From positions 73,185,646 through 73,249,157 of the forward strand of contig NC_068984.1 in the NCBI RefSeq assembly GCF_001194135.2: DNA of 63,512 nucleotides, given 5' to 3'. The notes below the pieces were generated by a model. That model was not told where the DNA came from and did no database searches. It worked only from the letters and a program-made list of their open reading frames with translations. Within the stretch, counting starts at the first letter, position 1. Each line of letters opens with the position of its first letter. Made by a program: the position numbers and the translations under genes. Positions 14,662-28,227 of the stretch are shown one piece after another. This stretch comes from Octopus bimaculoides (taxonomy: Eukaryota).

Positions 14662-15236
14662 AATAATAATAATAATAATAGTAATTAATATATTCACTGC
14701 AAATATGCGCTTACGCGTAGATATATAACTCATTATCTGCTTGTTTCAGTCAGATTGCAGGCTGGAGTATTGGTCTTATAAAAATATAAGGAGATTGGCA
14801 AACTCATACATTATTCACACATATGTACATTCACACACATATATGTACGTGTGTGAGTGCACACGTAGAAAATTGATTTATAGATATAAGAGTGCGTTAT
14901 GTTTTGTGAAAATGTTTCGTCGCATTTCGGCAACATGTTCAGTGAAAGCTTATGATCTTAACTAACTGTTCAATGTCGGAGTAAAAATAAAAGGTAAGGT
15001 GAAATTCGATATGCTTCTGTGTCTAAATAGTTAAAATGACTCTTTCACAATGAAATCCTCCACATTTTAACATATGGTTTCAACTTCGAACATATACGAA
15101 ACAAGAATGACTCTTGAATATCCGTCTATCCATCCATCCATCCATCCATGCATGCATAAAACAAACACACACGCACACATACGGATGTAAATGAGATACC
15201 GATGGTAGATGTCTATATGTGCATATACGTATTTAC

Positions 15237-15280
<44 letters not shown>

Positions 15281-15779
15281 NNNNNNNNNNNNNNNNNNNN
15301 NNNNNNNNNNNNNNNNNNNNNNNNNNNNNNNNNNNNNNNNNNNNNNNNNNNNNNNNNNNNNNNNNNNNNNNNNNNNNNNNNNNNNNNNNNNNNNNNNNNN
15401 NNNNNNNNNNNNNNNNNNNNNNNNNNNNNNNNNNNNNNNNNNNNNNNNNNNNNNNNNNNNNNNNNNNNNNNNNNNNNNNNNNNNNNNNNNNNNNNNNNNN
15501 NNNNNNNNNNNNNNNNNNNNNNNNNNNNNNNNNNNNNNNNNNNNNNNNNNNNNNNNNNNNNNNNNNNNNNNNNNNNNNNNNNNNNNNNNNNNNNNNNNNN
15601 NNNNNNNNNNNNNNNNNNNNNNNNNNNNNNNNNNNNNNNNNNNNNNNNNNNNNNNNNNNNNNNNNNCCTTCGCACACGCGCACACATGCACACACGCACA
15701 AAATATCTATGCATTTGAATTAATGTAGACTATTCTTTGACTATCTATAAAGGCTATCACCAACTCAACGAATATTCAT

Positions 15780-16190
15780 TAAATTAAGTGGAAAACCTAC
15801 CACACCTCCACTTTATGAAACTGCCACCTTTCAGGTATCTTCAAAATATACATACATACCACACCAGGGAAATATTTATTCTGCAAGCAAACCGAGCAAA
15901 GTATGAAAATTTCATAGAAAATCAATGGCACTGATTTTACATCTTAACCAATTATTTTGCTACACTATTCGACATAACCTGAAGCAATAATGTAGATTCA
16001 AAGCAGAAAATGTGTTGCTTGTATCTGAATATATGAAACAGTTTAAAATTTTTGATGCCGTTTATTGAATGACTTAAATCATAATTTATGTTTTATGTCT
16101 GCTATGTATGTAATTTATGAACCATATACTGTGAAATTCTAGTGATATAACTTATACCACTGCATCTTTGGTGAATATAATAAATACATT
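15780..16190 (+). repeat. Unclassified diverged dispersed repeat, copy 2
   Basis: Collinear similarity to 215-600. Confidence 0.7.
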
Positions 16191-17007
16191 TATACAGGAT
16201 GATTTAATATAGAGATATATATTTGAAAAATTATATATTATATATCGTTGTGTGATTGCTTCGCAACCATTTGGTGTTCAATTCCATTGAGTGTATTCTA
16301 TTATAGCACCGAGCTGACTAATGTTACATACGGAAATTTGATAAAAAGAAACAGTCCGGAATCTTGTTAAATGTGTGTGAGTGTGTGTGTGTGTGTATGT
16401 GTGTGTGTGTGTGCGTGTGTGTGTGTGTGGGGGGGTTCTGTTACAATAAACTATACTGCGATAGTTCACAATTGATTTGCATATCACGGTGCACTGCAGT
16501 GCATTATGCATCGTTTCACTGGGAGTGGTAATCACTGTTTCGCTCCCTTCCCTTTTCATCATACCTTTGTATTTTTCGAGTTCATCGCTTCCACAACTTA
16601 TTGTCTTTTTTTAAACGCCCGCCGCTGCTGCAAACTTACTCGCTTTTCTTCCTTGAATAAACTCTTCTCCTGTCGGCATGCTATTTAAAACTGTGCTGCC
16701 TCCTCCGCTTCTGATATCTCTCCATTCACTTCTGCCAGGTTCACTACTGGTCATGGCTTTAATAGGTGATTTGTCCTTTGGCGGGGGATACCATATTTTC
16801 CCCCTTCACACTTGGAGAAACGTTAACAAAGGACTGCCACAAGCAGAAAAATATGTGTTTAAAAAACACTCAACAAAATTTCAACAACGTAATTATTCAA
16901 CAGTGCAAATTTAACAAATTAATCACAAATATTATAACTTAAGCCAAACTTTTCGAACAACACCACAAACAAGTCACGAACAAGTCGAGAGAGATGAATG
17001 TAACATG

Positions 17008-18620
17008 TTTTTTTTTTTATTGGCCACTAAGGGCGTTACATAAAAGGGACTACACAAGAACAGACAAAACAATACAAAGTGGGGACATAAAACACAAAAC
17101 GAATGGATGGGTATGAACTTATATAATAATGGGAGGGAAACGGCCACCCGAGCCCCACTCGCGAGTGGTTAAATTTAACTGTACTTCATATAAAGATTTT
17201 TATCATATTTTATCGTATAAAATTTTACTTACTCCGTACTACCAGTTCACGGTGGCATTAAGTCCTCATAATCCACGACCGGAAGTAGGTCATCGTACTC
17301 CACCTCCAATTCCAATGGGTAAATGTGTGAACCAAACATTTCCTTTAATTTAGCATATCTTTCTTTGTCTGTTAATATGCATTTGGTATTTTCAGAATGT
17401 TCTTCTGCCTGCAATTTCACTCTGATCACCGATTTGAATTTGCTGATCTTACGTTCAATTGCCGTGCTTTTGGAGTTTGTCATGATGTATGCTTTGTTTT
17501 TGCGGGGGTTTGGGGGGATTGTGTGTTGTGCCTGTCTGTAATTGTACCTGTTTTATTACGTGGTGAGCTAGGGCTATCTCGGACGGTTTCTTTTCTTTTC
17601 TTGTTTTTTGTGCTACTTGTGGTGATATATGCTGTATGAGTGTATCTAGTAAGTTATACTTTTGTTGTACAGTGTCTTCAGTTTAATTATTTTCCCTCAT
17701 TTTCTTGGTGCTTTTCGGGGATGAATTTGTTGTCACATTTCTTTTTATTTTGGGAACTTCGATAAATTCCTCCTCCTCTGTGTCATCCATACTCTCTTTC
17801 TGGGCTGGGGCTGTCGTCTCAGTACTGCTACTTGGTTCATTCTGGTTTTCCGTTGTTTCATTACTTATTTAGGGGCACTTCATTTTAATGTGCCTCTTCT
17901 CTCCACAATGGTAGCAGTTGAGTGGTCTTCCCTCCACCACCACTCTAAACTTTCTATCTTCTGGTAACAGCACTCCTTCCATTATTTCATTTAAGTATTG
18001 CTGGGTGACCTGGATAACCATTTCCAGGTCGTAACCCCTTCGATTCAATTTCTTTGTTCCTGCTACTTGTATGATCTTCGCATCTACTTGGGTCCCATAC
18101 ATCACAGCTGCTACCAGCCATGCTTCTTCTATTTCGAGTGACACTTTATCTATCCTAATTCTAGCGACTCTTTTGCCGCAGTAGGTCACAAGTGGCACAG
18201 TGGAGTGATTTATTGCCTCTTCTTCAGTGGCAATACTCACTTCCAATGTGCCATATCTTCCTCCAGTGAAAAAAGCCGCGATGTCTTTTATGTTCTCCAA
18301 ACATTTGTCGATGGCCTCCTCTGATGCCATCTCGATCTTCTTGCTGGTTAAGGACAGCATACTGTAGAATACTGTTTCCTTCTTGTATTGTTGGTCACTT
18401 CCTCTGGAGGGGGTCAACCTTAAACTTGACCCCTCCTTCTGGAACAGTTCTTTGTAGTTCTCTATCTTCTTATGATCAATTTGGGCTTCTCGCCCCTCCA
18501 GCGAATTCGCCGTGGTGGTACGGCTTATCGCCGCCAAAGCATAGCTCCCGGCATGGGCTTGTTCCGGTGGACAATTCATCCTTTTTTTTTTCACGTCTCT
18601 TTACCATTAAATGGGGAAAA
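17008..18620 (-). mobile_element. ORF1-only (HAL1-like) L1/Tx1-type non-autonomous retroelement with AATAAA/poly(A) tail
   Basis: Gag-like ORF with zinc knuckle, no recognisable APE or RT, 3'UTR ending gcccttagtggccaataaaaaaaaaa at 17008-17035. The 5' boundary is approximate. Confidence 0.65.
17869..18594 (-). CDS. ORF1p/gag-like nucleic-acid-binding protein with CX2CX4HX4C zinc knuckle (retroelement)
   Basis: 241-aa ORF ending FRVVVEGRPLNCYHCGEKRHIKMKCP*. The same frame continues through two stops (17869-71, 17683-85) to ~17455 with acidic/Lys-rich low-complexity sequence. Confidence 0.8.
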   Translation of the reverse strand: MKKKRMNCPPEQAHAGSYALAAISRTTTANSLEGREAQIDHKKIENYKELFQKEGSSLRLTPSRGSDQQYKKETVFYSMLSLTSKKIEMASEEAIDKCLENIKDIAAFFTGGRYGTLEVSIATEEEAINHSTVPLVTYCGKRVARIRIDKVSLEIEEAWLVAAVMYGTQVDAKIIQVAGTKKLNRRGYDLEMVIQVTQQYLNEIMEGVLLPEDRKFRVVVEGRPLNCYHCGEKRHIKMKCP

Positions 18621-18912
18621 GAAAAACAAACAAAAACAAAGGCCCGCAGGCGAAATAGCAACAATATTCAGTAAGAGTAACAGTATTCAACAGAATTCAA
18701 CGATAATGATAAAGCCTTCAAACAAAATCACGACTGACTCAGTTAGAGACGATTGGAACAACGGTGAAAAAAATATCAGTGTTAATTTATCGATGCATTT
18801 GGACCAGTCTATGACTGTATTATCAGATAATTGCAAAAACAAATGTTTAAAATTATTCAAAACTGCAAAATTCTTCATGTTTCAAAACGTTGCTTTCTTT
18901 TTACTCAACTTG

Positions 18913-18957
<45 letters not shown>

Positions 18958-19504
18958 NNNNNNNNNNNNNNNNNNNNNNNNNNNNNNNNNNNNNNNNNNN
19001 NNNNNNNNNNNNNNNNNNNNNNNNNNNNNNNNNNNNNNNNNNNNNNNNNNNNNNNNNNNNNNNNNNNNNNNNNNNNNNNNNNNNNNNNNNNNNNNNNNNN
19101 NNNNNNNNNNNNNNNNNNNNNNNNNNNNNNNNNNNNNNNNNNNNNNNNNNNNNNNNNNNNNNNNNNNNNNNNNNNNNNNNNNNNNNNNNNNNNNNNNNNN
19201 NNNNNNNNNNNNNNNNNNNNNNNNNNNNNNNNNNNNNNNNNNNNNNNNNNNNNNNNNNNNNNNNNNNNNNNNNNNNNNNNNNNNNNNNNNNNNNNNNNNN
19301 NNNNNNNNNNNNNNNNNNNNNNNNNNNNNNNNNNNNNNNNNNNNNNNNNNNNNNNNNNNNNNNNNNNNNNNNNNNNNNNNNNNNNNNNNNNNNNNNNNNN
19401 NNNNNNNNNNNNNNNNNNNNNNNNNNNNNNNNNNNNNNNNNNNNNNNNNNNNNNNNNNNNNNNNNNNNNNNNNNNNNNNNNNNNNNNNNNNATATATATA
19501 TATA

Positions 19505-20322
19505 CGAGGTCTGATCAATAAGCATCCGGACTGTCGCCATAGTAGCGAAGTTAAATCACACTGAGAGAAGCCGTTTCGCAAAGATTGACCTTGATCTCTG
19601 TTGTGCATGCGCACTAAATTTTACCGTTCTAGCTCACTTCCAATGTTTACAATAGTTCTTGGAAGGAAAGTTTATAATGTATGATCGTCGCATTGACCAT
19701 AACAGAGAAAGTCGTCATGGCAATACCTGCTCAGAGGCCTACATAAATTAACAGAATGTCTATGGAGAAGAGTGTACGAGTGGGTCAGACGTTTCCAAGA
19801 TGGCCAAAAAATTGTTGATATTGACAAATGTTCTAGGTGACCCGCAACCAGAAGAACTGAGAATCACCATTCGTGAGTTAACAGAGGATGGGCAGATTAG
19901 TTACGGTTCAGTTCAATCCATTATCAGTGAAGATTTGGGTATGAAACATATGTCTGCCACGTTTGCGCCAAAACCTGCTTTCAGCTGACCAAAAACATAC
20001 TCGGGGTTTCATTTGCACAAGATCTCTTTGATTGTGCCGAGAACGGTAAAATTTTTTTTGAAAACTTTGCGTAGGCCTCTGAGCAGGTATAGCCAAGATT
20101 TTGGCAAAATTAGATGCAAATTCTCTGCTCGACTTTCACTGACATGGCCATTGCGGTGATCATACGTTACGTACATTCCTTCCAAGCACTGCTGTAAACA
20201 GTGAAAGTGAGATAGAACGTTAAAACTTAGAGCACATGCACAGTAGAGTTTAAGGTCAATCTATGCTAAGCGGCTTTACTCTGCGTGCTTTAACTTCGTT
20301 ACTATAGCAACAGTCCAGATAT
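19505..20322. mobile_element. Mariner-derived non-autonomous element with ~250-bp inverted arms, copy 1
   Basis: Starts TA|CGAGGTCTGATCAA. Left ccggactgtcgccatagtagcgaagttaaa mirrors right tttaacttcgttactatagcaacagtccag; inner tacctgctcagaggcctac mirrors gtaggcctctgagcaggta; central decayed HTH-type transposase sequence. Confidence 0.85.
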
Positions 20323-21804
20323 GTATAGAAACATGCCTATTTTCCCACAACCTCTCCTGCAGGCAACCAAATGAAGCACTAACTTTGCTGACTCTGTATG
20401 TGATTACCTGGTACAGTCATGCATTATCTGAGATATATATAGTTTTCCTTTGTTGAAAAAACTTCTAACTAAAAGTTACATCGCCATTGTGAAATAAGAA
20501 AATTAATATTATCTTTATAAATTCTTGAGTCTGATGCTATGAAACTGCATACCGATTGTACAATTTTATTTTTGCGAATATCAGACAAATGTCCTCTGTT
20601 TCGGTGAGTTTCGTACAATTACTTTGCTTCGTAGAAATATCGTTCACATCATTAAACCCTGACTCAATAAAATATGACGTGGGAGAAAGTAGCAGTGTAT
20701 TATATGTAGTTTTCCAGATATTTTAATGAGGTAGGTATTTTTATTAACATTTTGAACAGTTTCTAATTGCCATGGCTACTGAAATTCGATCTGCTGTCGT
20801 TATCATATCTCAGTTCAGACACATATCCTTGACATTTTGCATCAGGATTAACAATATTGCAGCAAGAGTATTACCCATCAAGTTATGCAGTATCATATTT
20901 AAAATATCAATAAATAGTTTTCCATATTCATTTTCATTGAGTTAATTACTGAACATTTTAATCTTCTCTGCAGGGTAAACAATTTTAATTGATAACAATT
21001 CATTAAACTGATTAAATTTCCATTGTAAAAGATTAAGATAGAAAAAACGAAGATCTTCGATAAATAAGGAAACAAAATGTTTGCAGTTTATAATTGTTAG
21101 ATTGGCTCCTTGAAACTGCAAATTTCATTGAATTTCTTTAAAAATGCACCAAAAACTAAAGGAATCGTCTTTAATTTCTTGTTATCTGTTAGCAGAGATA
21201 AACCTCATTTTCATTTTGAAGTAACTGTACGGCACAATTACAAAATTCAATCGTGATCCCTTTCAGAAGCAGCAAACTACATACTTCATGTAAAACGTAC
21301 AAATAAATTGCTCGTTTTTGTCTAGTTACAACTATGGAAAAATTCTATTCTTTCTGACATTTGATTTGAGTTAAGGCCCTAAATTTTGTGCACACTGATG
21401 AAAACTTTTATCTTAATGTTTACCTGCATTAATACACAATGAATCCCAAGATCTTTAGTAATACCTCCGACTATTGCTGAAATGGCTCCAGTTTCTCCGT
21501 TCTGGCTACATTCATGCCACTTTCATTCGGGCATTTCCGATTGATTCGTTTCTTCTCCTCTCAACGTCGTTCATGTGTCTATAGGAAAATCCCCTTTCTC
21601 TGGAATTCCTTTCTGAGAACTAGCTAACAAATTGAGAAGCGACCGATCAAAATATCATTCACCTCACTTCGTCAGTATGCAAGGAATATCTTAATATCTC
21701 AATAATTTCACCACAGAGCTAAGCTACTCTAATATCTAAATTATATATCTAAATTCATACTATCAACTACATTTCAAAATATTCCTATTCTTATAAATGA
21801 AATT

Positions 21805-21873
<69 letters not shown>

Positions 21874-21909
21874 GGGCAGAGAGATAGACAGAGGGAGAGA
21901 GATATGCTT

Positions 21910-22020
21910 TGGTGAAGATTGGTGGCTCAGTAGTTAGTGTGTTTGATTCATGGTCACAAGTTCATGGACAACACGATGTTTGCGTCCTTGAGCAATGCCC
22001 GAATGCCCTATGTTCCAGTC
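21910..22020 (+). mobile_element. Degenerate tRNA-SINE (A-box tggctcagtagtt; gtccttgagca core)
   Basis: Similarity to 51514-51660. Confidence 0.5.
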
Positions 22021-22439
22021 TACAAAAATTATAATGAGTAGAACCTGAATGCTTTCATTCTACTTCGCTCTCCTATTCGCAATGTTTTGGTGGGTCAAAG
22101 ATAGAAGAGACAATATTGCCTGCATGTCTATAGACATTTAATAAATTACCTGAAGCGTTTCAGTATTTACCAGCTTGTACTAACTATATATATTAATAAT
22201 GATGTGTGTGAAAAATAAATGTGAAAAATATTCATTTAATCGTCTAGTCTTGATAATTATAAAGGTTTTCTCTTAATTTGAAAAAAAATTAGTAAAACAG
22301 AAGCGTCGAGAATTAAATCGCTCATGAAAATGAGATCATTCTTGGAACGTGCGAAAATTGTTTTGTGAAGAAGAAACCCACACATCCAAATATTGGAACC
22401 TCAATAAATGCATTAAAACATAAATTCTCATGTTCTCCA

Positions 22440-22900
22440 GCTTATTAGATAACTATCAATCACAGCGTGTCTGCGACTTTCTCTGCCGTTTGCTCTCTTG
22501 AACATTCTAAGCTTTGGAGAAGTGTACCGCATCATAAAAATACGATCAGAGTTTATACTCTGTCACCAGATCAGAAGAAAGAACGTATCTTCATAAGGTT
22601 CAATTGCTTCCACCAGATCAGACTCGATTTCTACAATTCTCCCCATGAAATTGCACGAACTTTTGATACCTAAATCTTCTACCACATGTAATGCATTGTA
22701 ACTACAATCCATTTGCACAGCAAACCCAATGCTGGTGACTAGTCTGTCTGCGTGAATCAATTCGTCCATTTACTATTCATTCTTGTCAGTGGCTGAGGTT
22801 AATGTTTTTTCACTTCATGATTTGTCTTCTTTAGACTTCTTCCTGAACCTATGCACGCTATTCTAGTCACTGGTAACGTTTCCGTAAACAACTGTACCCA
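22440..22900 (-). pseudogene. Decayed mariner transposase fragment
   Basis: MDELIHADRLVT...SYNALHVVEDLGIK resembles mariner VDELI.ADRRVT...ISYGS.H.I.EDLG.KK; a downstream YTSPKLRMFKRA resembles SPKPKKFK. Confidence 0.6.
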
Positions 22901-23208
22901 TCTCTCTCTGTATCAGACAGCCTGCAACCATCATTTTTAAAGAACTAAATACCGGTAAGTTAGTTCAGCCTGAGTCTTAATATTCGTCTGCAACAAAGAC
23001 GAAGACAAGAAAAGTATCTATAGGGGAAGAATTATTCTACCAACACATGCAGTTTCCATTATCAATATCAGTTAATAAAAAAGTTCTCCTCGGTTATACA
23101 TTAGTTATATACACACACACACACACACACACAAACATACACACTAGTTTTTATGTATGCATGCATATGTGTGTGTGTATGTGTGTGTGTGCGTGTGTGT
23201 GTGTATGT

Positions 23209-23239
<31 letters not shown>

Positions 23240-23355
23240 CAACCCCATATGTACGTGTGCGAGTATGTATTCAAATACATGTTCAGATACGTGCTGTACA
23301 TGTATCTGAACATACACACGCACCCACACACGCACACACACACAGACACACACAC

Positions 23356-23389
<34 letters not shown>

Positions 23390-23454
23390 CATGGCCATTC
23401 ATACTAAAAGGAGTACTGATGGAATGTCCCAGTGAAGACCTCAATAAAATGTTA

Positions 23455-23850
23455 ACACAACAGACCTGATATAACGATTTGGGATAGAGAAGAGAAACCA
23501 GCGGGTGTTAACATAAAACTGAAGATCAGTGAAAAAGAGAATATCTATGCTGGACTATTGAGAAATCTGCAGTTACTTTATCCAGGTTACAAATTCAGGT
23601 TTATACCTGTAATTATTGCAGCCTTAGGATATGTAACACACTGCCTAAATACCAATCTTGAGGAATTAAGCTTCTCAAAACCAGAAAAGAGAAATCTAAT
23701 TTAAAGATTACAGATCCAATCCATCACTGGAACTGTAAAAATACTAAAACTTTCCATAAGTGTATCATTTAGATCTATATCAGCATGTCTTGATATGCAT
23801 CTATATCCATGAGAATACATACGTAAAACAAAACATACAAATCTGAACAT

Positions 23851-23889
<39 letters not shown>

Positions 23890-24065
23890 CGTACATACAT
23901 ACATACACACACACATACATACATACATACGTACATACATACATACATACATATAAAAATACCCTGTTGTTGAAGTTGAAATTCCAGTGAAGGAGCTTTG
24001 TATCTAGGTTAGAAACCGGCTCTTTCTCTTTTGGCTAGAAATCTTGAAATAAGACTGAACAATGA
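23455..24065 (+). mobile_element. 3' fragment of a REL-endonuclease non-LTR retrotransposon with microsatellite-interrupted 3'UTR
   Basis: NRPDITIWDREEK-PAGVNIKLKISEKENIYAGLLRNLQLLYPGYKFRFIPVIIAALGYV...SITGTVKI. The tail gttgaaattccagtgaagga...ttagaaaccggctctttctc recurs at 28495-28625. Confidence 0.75.
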
Positions 24066-25932
24066 CATACATACATAGATACATACATACATACACATCT
24101 GTATACTTATTATATACATACATATAGATGCTGATATTTTTGTCGTTGATAAATCTCATCAAGCTTACATTAATGTTTACCTTCCGTATAATACCATATT
24201 CGTATTTGAAACAAGTGAAGGAAGTTGCACTAGACTGCTACAAGCCAGAAAGAAATTTATTGTCTTCCTTAAACATAAATGCAAAGTCTACTCATACATA
24301 ATATTTAATGAAGCACTTTTGAAAACAGCTGCTTGCGTATATGAAAAGCAGTAGGAAACAAACGGAAATTATGAATAGCCAATTGAATACCACTGTTATA
24401 ATTCGACCGTATATATATATATATATNNNNNNNNNNNNNNNNNNNNNNNNNNNNNNNNNNNNNNNNNNNNNNNNNNNNNNNNNNNNNNNNNNNNNNNNNN
24501 NNNNNNNNNNNNNNNNNNNNNNNNNNNNNNNNNNNNNNNNNNNNNNNNNNNNNNNNNNNNNNNNNNNNNNNNNNNNNNNNNNNNNNNNNNNNNNNNNNNN
24601 NNNNNNNNNNNNNNNNNNNNNNNNNNNNNNNNNNNNNNNNNNNNNNNNNNNNNNNNNNNNNNNNNNNNNNNNNNNNNNNNNNNNNNNNNNNNNNNNNNNN
24701 NNNNNNNNNNNNNNNNNNNNNNNNNNNNNNNNNNNNNNNNNNNNNNNNNNNNNNNNNNNNNNNNNNNNNNNNNNNNNNNNNNNNNNNNNNNNNNNNNNNN
24801 NNNNNNNNNNNNNNNNNNNNNNNNNNNNNNNNNNNNNNNNNNNNNNNNNNNNNNNNNNNNNNNNNNNNNNNNNNNNNNNNNNNNNNNNNNNNNNNNNNNN
24901 NNNNNNNNNNNNNNNNNNNNNNNNNNNNNNNNNNNNNNNNNNNNNNNNNNNNNNNNNNNNNNNNNNNNNNNNNNNNNNNNNNNNNNNNNNNNNNNNNNNN
25001 NNNNNNNNNNNNNNNNNNNNNNNNNNNNNNNNNNNNNNNNNNNNNNNNNNNNNNNNNNNNNNNNNNNNNNNNNNNNNNNNNNNNNNNNNNNNNNNNNNNN
25101 NNNNNNNNNNNNNNNNNNNNNNNNNNNNNNNNNNNNNNNNNNNNNNNNNNNNNNNNNNNNNNNNNNNNNNNNNNNNNNNNNNNNNNNNNNNNNNNNNNNN
25201 NNNNNNNNNNNNNNNNNNNNNNNNNNNNNNNNNNNNNNNNNNNNNNNNNNNNNNNNNNNNNNNNNNNNNNNNNNNNNNNNNNNNNNNNNNNNNNNNNNNN
25301 NNNNNNNNNNNNNNNNNNNNNNNNNNNNNNNNNNNNNNNNNNNNNNNNNNNNNNNNNNNNNNNNNNNNNNNNNNNNNNNNNNNNNNNNNNNNNNNNNNNN
25401 NNNNNNNNNNNNNNNNNNNNNATATATATATATATATATATATACATACATACATAAATACATACATACATACATATATCCACACACATACACGCACAAG
25501 AACATACGCTTTCGATGTAACTATTTAATGAATTACACATGCTCACAAACGTGCAAACACACAGTCACATATTCATATGTATACATGCACATATATATAT
25601 ATTTTCGTATGCTTTGCACAACTGCATACTTCACAAGCTTTTCCTTAATAACTCTCATCCGTCTTGCTAATTGGAACCTTGTATTTGTTATCCAACTTTC
25701 ATTCTATTATGTTTTTCTTTTGCCTCCTCTTCGCTGTAGTACACAAAAGTATCTCTCCTTCACTATTATTTGTCACGCCAATTCCCCTTTCACTAAGCCT
25801 ATCTCACATTTTTAAAAATACCCAACAAGTGTCATCTCTTTCTTATCCGCCCACCACTTTTCTCATACTCTCTCCTTTTCCCCTGGTTTACTGTAAGATT
25901 ATTATAAGTATTAATATTCTGCCACATTAAAA

Positions 25933-26140
25933 CAACGAGCTGGCAGAAACGTTAGCATTCCGGGCAAAATGCTTAGTGGATTTTCGCTCCTCTTTACGGT
26001 CTGAGTTCAAATTCCGCCGAGGTCGGCTTTGCCTTTCATCCTTTCGGATTCGACTAAAATAAGTTCTAATTGATTATTGTTGTAATTGACTTGACCTCTC
26101 CCTTAAAATTTTAAGCTTTGTACCAAAATTTGAAACCAAT
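25933..26140 (+). mobile_element. Major tRNA-SINE, full length, 'aaatttgaaaccaat' tail
   Basis: cgagctggcagaaacgttagc...ctgagttcaaattccgccgaggtcggctttgcctttcatcc...ccaaaatttgaaaccaat. Confidence 0.9.
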
Positions 26141-27663
26141 ACTCTGCTGCTTATTACTCCACACCACGTCTTTTTCTGTCTGTCATCTCTCCTCTCCCCT
26201 ACTAAACCTAATTCCTGTATAATTTGTCGATCCCGACCCTGTCCAACTCTCTGTAGTTGTCACGAATACTTGCTTCTTTCTTTCCCTCTCTGCTTATCAT
26301 ACCTCAGGTTCATCATTATATTCAGCCTCTCAGCCATCATTTGTTTCGAACCACTTCTCACTCGCCCAAACACTCTTACAACCACTATCCGCCTACACTT
26401 CCTATCCTTCTGTCACCTCTCCTATTCTACTCGTATCTTGAGTGTACATACACCATGACACCTCATCACCAGTATCTTGATCTCTTTCCAGCTCCAACGC
26501 GAACCTTCTTTGACTCTTCTAAATCTGAAGAACAGTTTAGCTCCGCTACAGCAAGACGTATCTTCTGTTAAGGTTTCTTGTCGCAGACGTTCACCTCCCA
26601 TCTGATACCATAGAGTTGTTCCACTCTCTGCTGTAGCCTCACTAGTTTTCCATGCCCCATGGTAACCTCTCTGTGGCCGGAACCGTAAAAGAAAGCTATC
26701 CATACACGCTATAGTTAGACTTATGAAGAGCGTCCTTGGAGCATGGTGCAGTATTCTGACATGTCGGATCCTGTCAGACCCACTAACTGAGCTTCAAACA
26801 CAGACGTTAAACATATGATGATGACCAGCTAAGTCATCATCGAAAGTAAATTTTGACTTGACAAAGTCTCTATTGACATAAGATCTTGATTGGGTATGTG
26901 TATTTGAGTGGATTAATAATCAAGTTGTGGGGTGGGTTTCAATGGAGAGGTGTTTGGGAGAAAATGTTATTGATTAAATTTTAGATTGTTATTGTTTAGA
27001 ATTTATTCATGCATGAAGATCAGTGTAAGCAGGTTTATACATTTAGGTGTGTACGCTTCAGGCTGTGGGATTGTTTTTAGTGATTCACATAAAGGATGTA
27101 GGTAGATATAGGAAGATTTTCCATGGGGGGATGTGCTAGTAGTTTTATTTACTTTTGGTTTTATTGGATATAATCTTTTGCTTCAACATATTAATGGTCA
27201 AATGTTCTAAGTTTAGTCCAATATTCAAAAACTTAAACCTGGGCGTGCAAACATTTTTGTAGAATAACTTTTTAACGTTTTACAAAAGAATGTAAACAGG
27301 TGATCTGTTTTAACTGGTCAGTTTCTTTACTTTTTGTAGTTGTTGTTTAAGCTAGTTCTTGATTGTATTTGGAAGGTGGGGTTAGTAATCAGACATGTCA
27401 TGGCGTTGTTAGTATAGTAATGTGTTTATTTTGTATTTTGAAATTCAAAGAAGGCCGTGGGTTGGTTTAACACTTGCTTGTCAAAATGCTTCTATCTTCA
27501 ATGCATCGCAGTCCGACTATAGCTTAGCAGACCGAAACTTTGAATTCATTAATAATACTAATCTTGATTAAGAATAATAATTTTGTACTCTACAGAAGTA
27601 CAGTATAATCCTTCAGATTAATCTAAACCTGTTTTTATTATAACTCGTCATAAATAAAAAACA

Positions 27664-27702
<39 letters not shown>

Positions 27703-27739
27703 TGGAAATGTAAAAATAAAAACAAAACACAAAGGATTC

Positions 27740-27821
27740 TGCGGTACACGTGTTTCAAGCTTTATAGTTGTTGTATCATTATTGGTATATAATTGATAGT
27801 ATAAAGCTATCTTCAGCCGCA
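27740..27821 (-). ncRNA. Minimal type-I hammerhead ribozyme motif
   Basis: Minus strand UGCGG-CUGAAGA-U-AGCUUUAUA...UAUAAAGCU-U-GAAA-CACGUG-UA-CCGCA: 5-bp stem I, 9-bp stem II, palindromic stem III ACACGUGU, GUA triplet. Confidence 0.75.
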
Positions 27822-28145
27822 AATGTATTCTTTCCCAAGAATTATATCACAAAGAAAAGGTTAAAGGAGGGAGAAACATGAGAGATAAAAGGTGAGATTC
27901 CACTTGATATTGTTCATTGTAACATACCTCGTAGAATCTTTAATTTGATATATTTACAATTCAGTGAATTGTGGCACAGTATGGACGGATTCCGGAGTAC
28001 CGAGGAACTTTTGTGTAAATATATCAAATTAAAAATTCTACGAGGTATGTTACAATGGACAATACCAAGTGGAATCTCACCTTTTATCTCTCGTTTCTCC
28101 CTCCTTTAACTTCTTTGTGATATAATTCTTGGGAAAGAATACATT

Positions 28146-28227
28146 TACGGCTGAAGATAGCTTTATACTATCAATTATATACCAATAATGATGCAAACAC
28201 TAAAAAGCTCGAAACACGTGTACCGCA
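28146..28227 (+). ncRNA. Minimal type-I hammerhead ribozyme motif
   Basis: UACGG-CUGAAGA-U-AGCUUU...AAAGCU-C-GAAA-CACGUG-UA-CCGCA; one stem I mismatch relative to the left copy. Confidence 0.7.

Noticed and set aside
26400-26830. GC-richer segment ending in (CAT)n-like sequence
   Set aside because: Probably a decayed LINE/SINE remnant, but no motif was clear enough to classify it.
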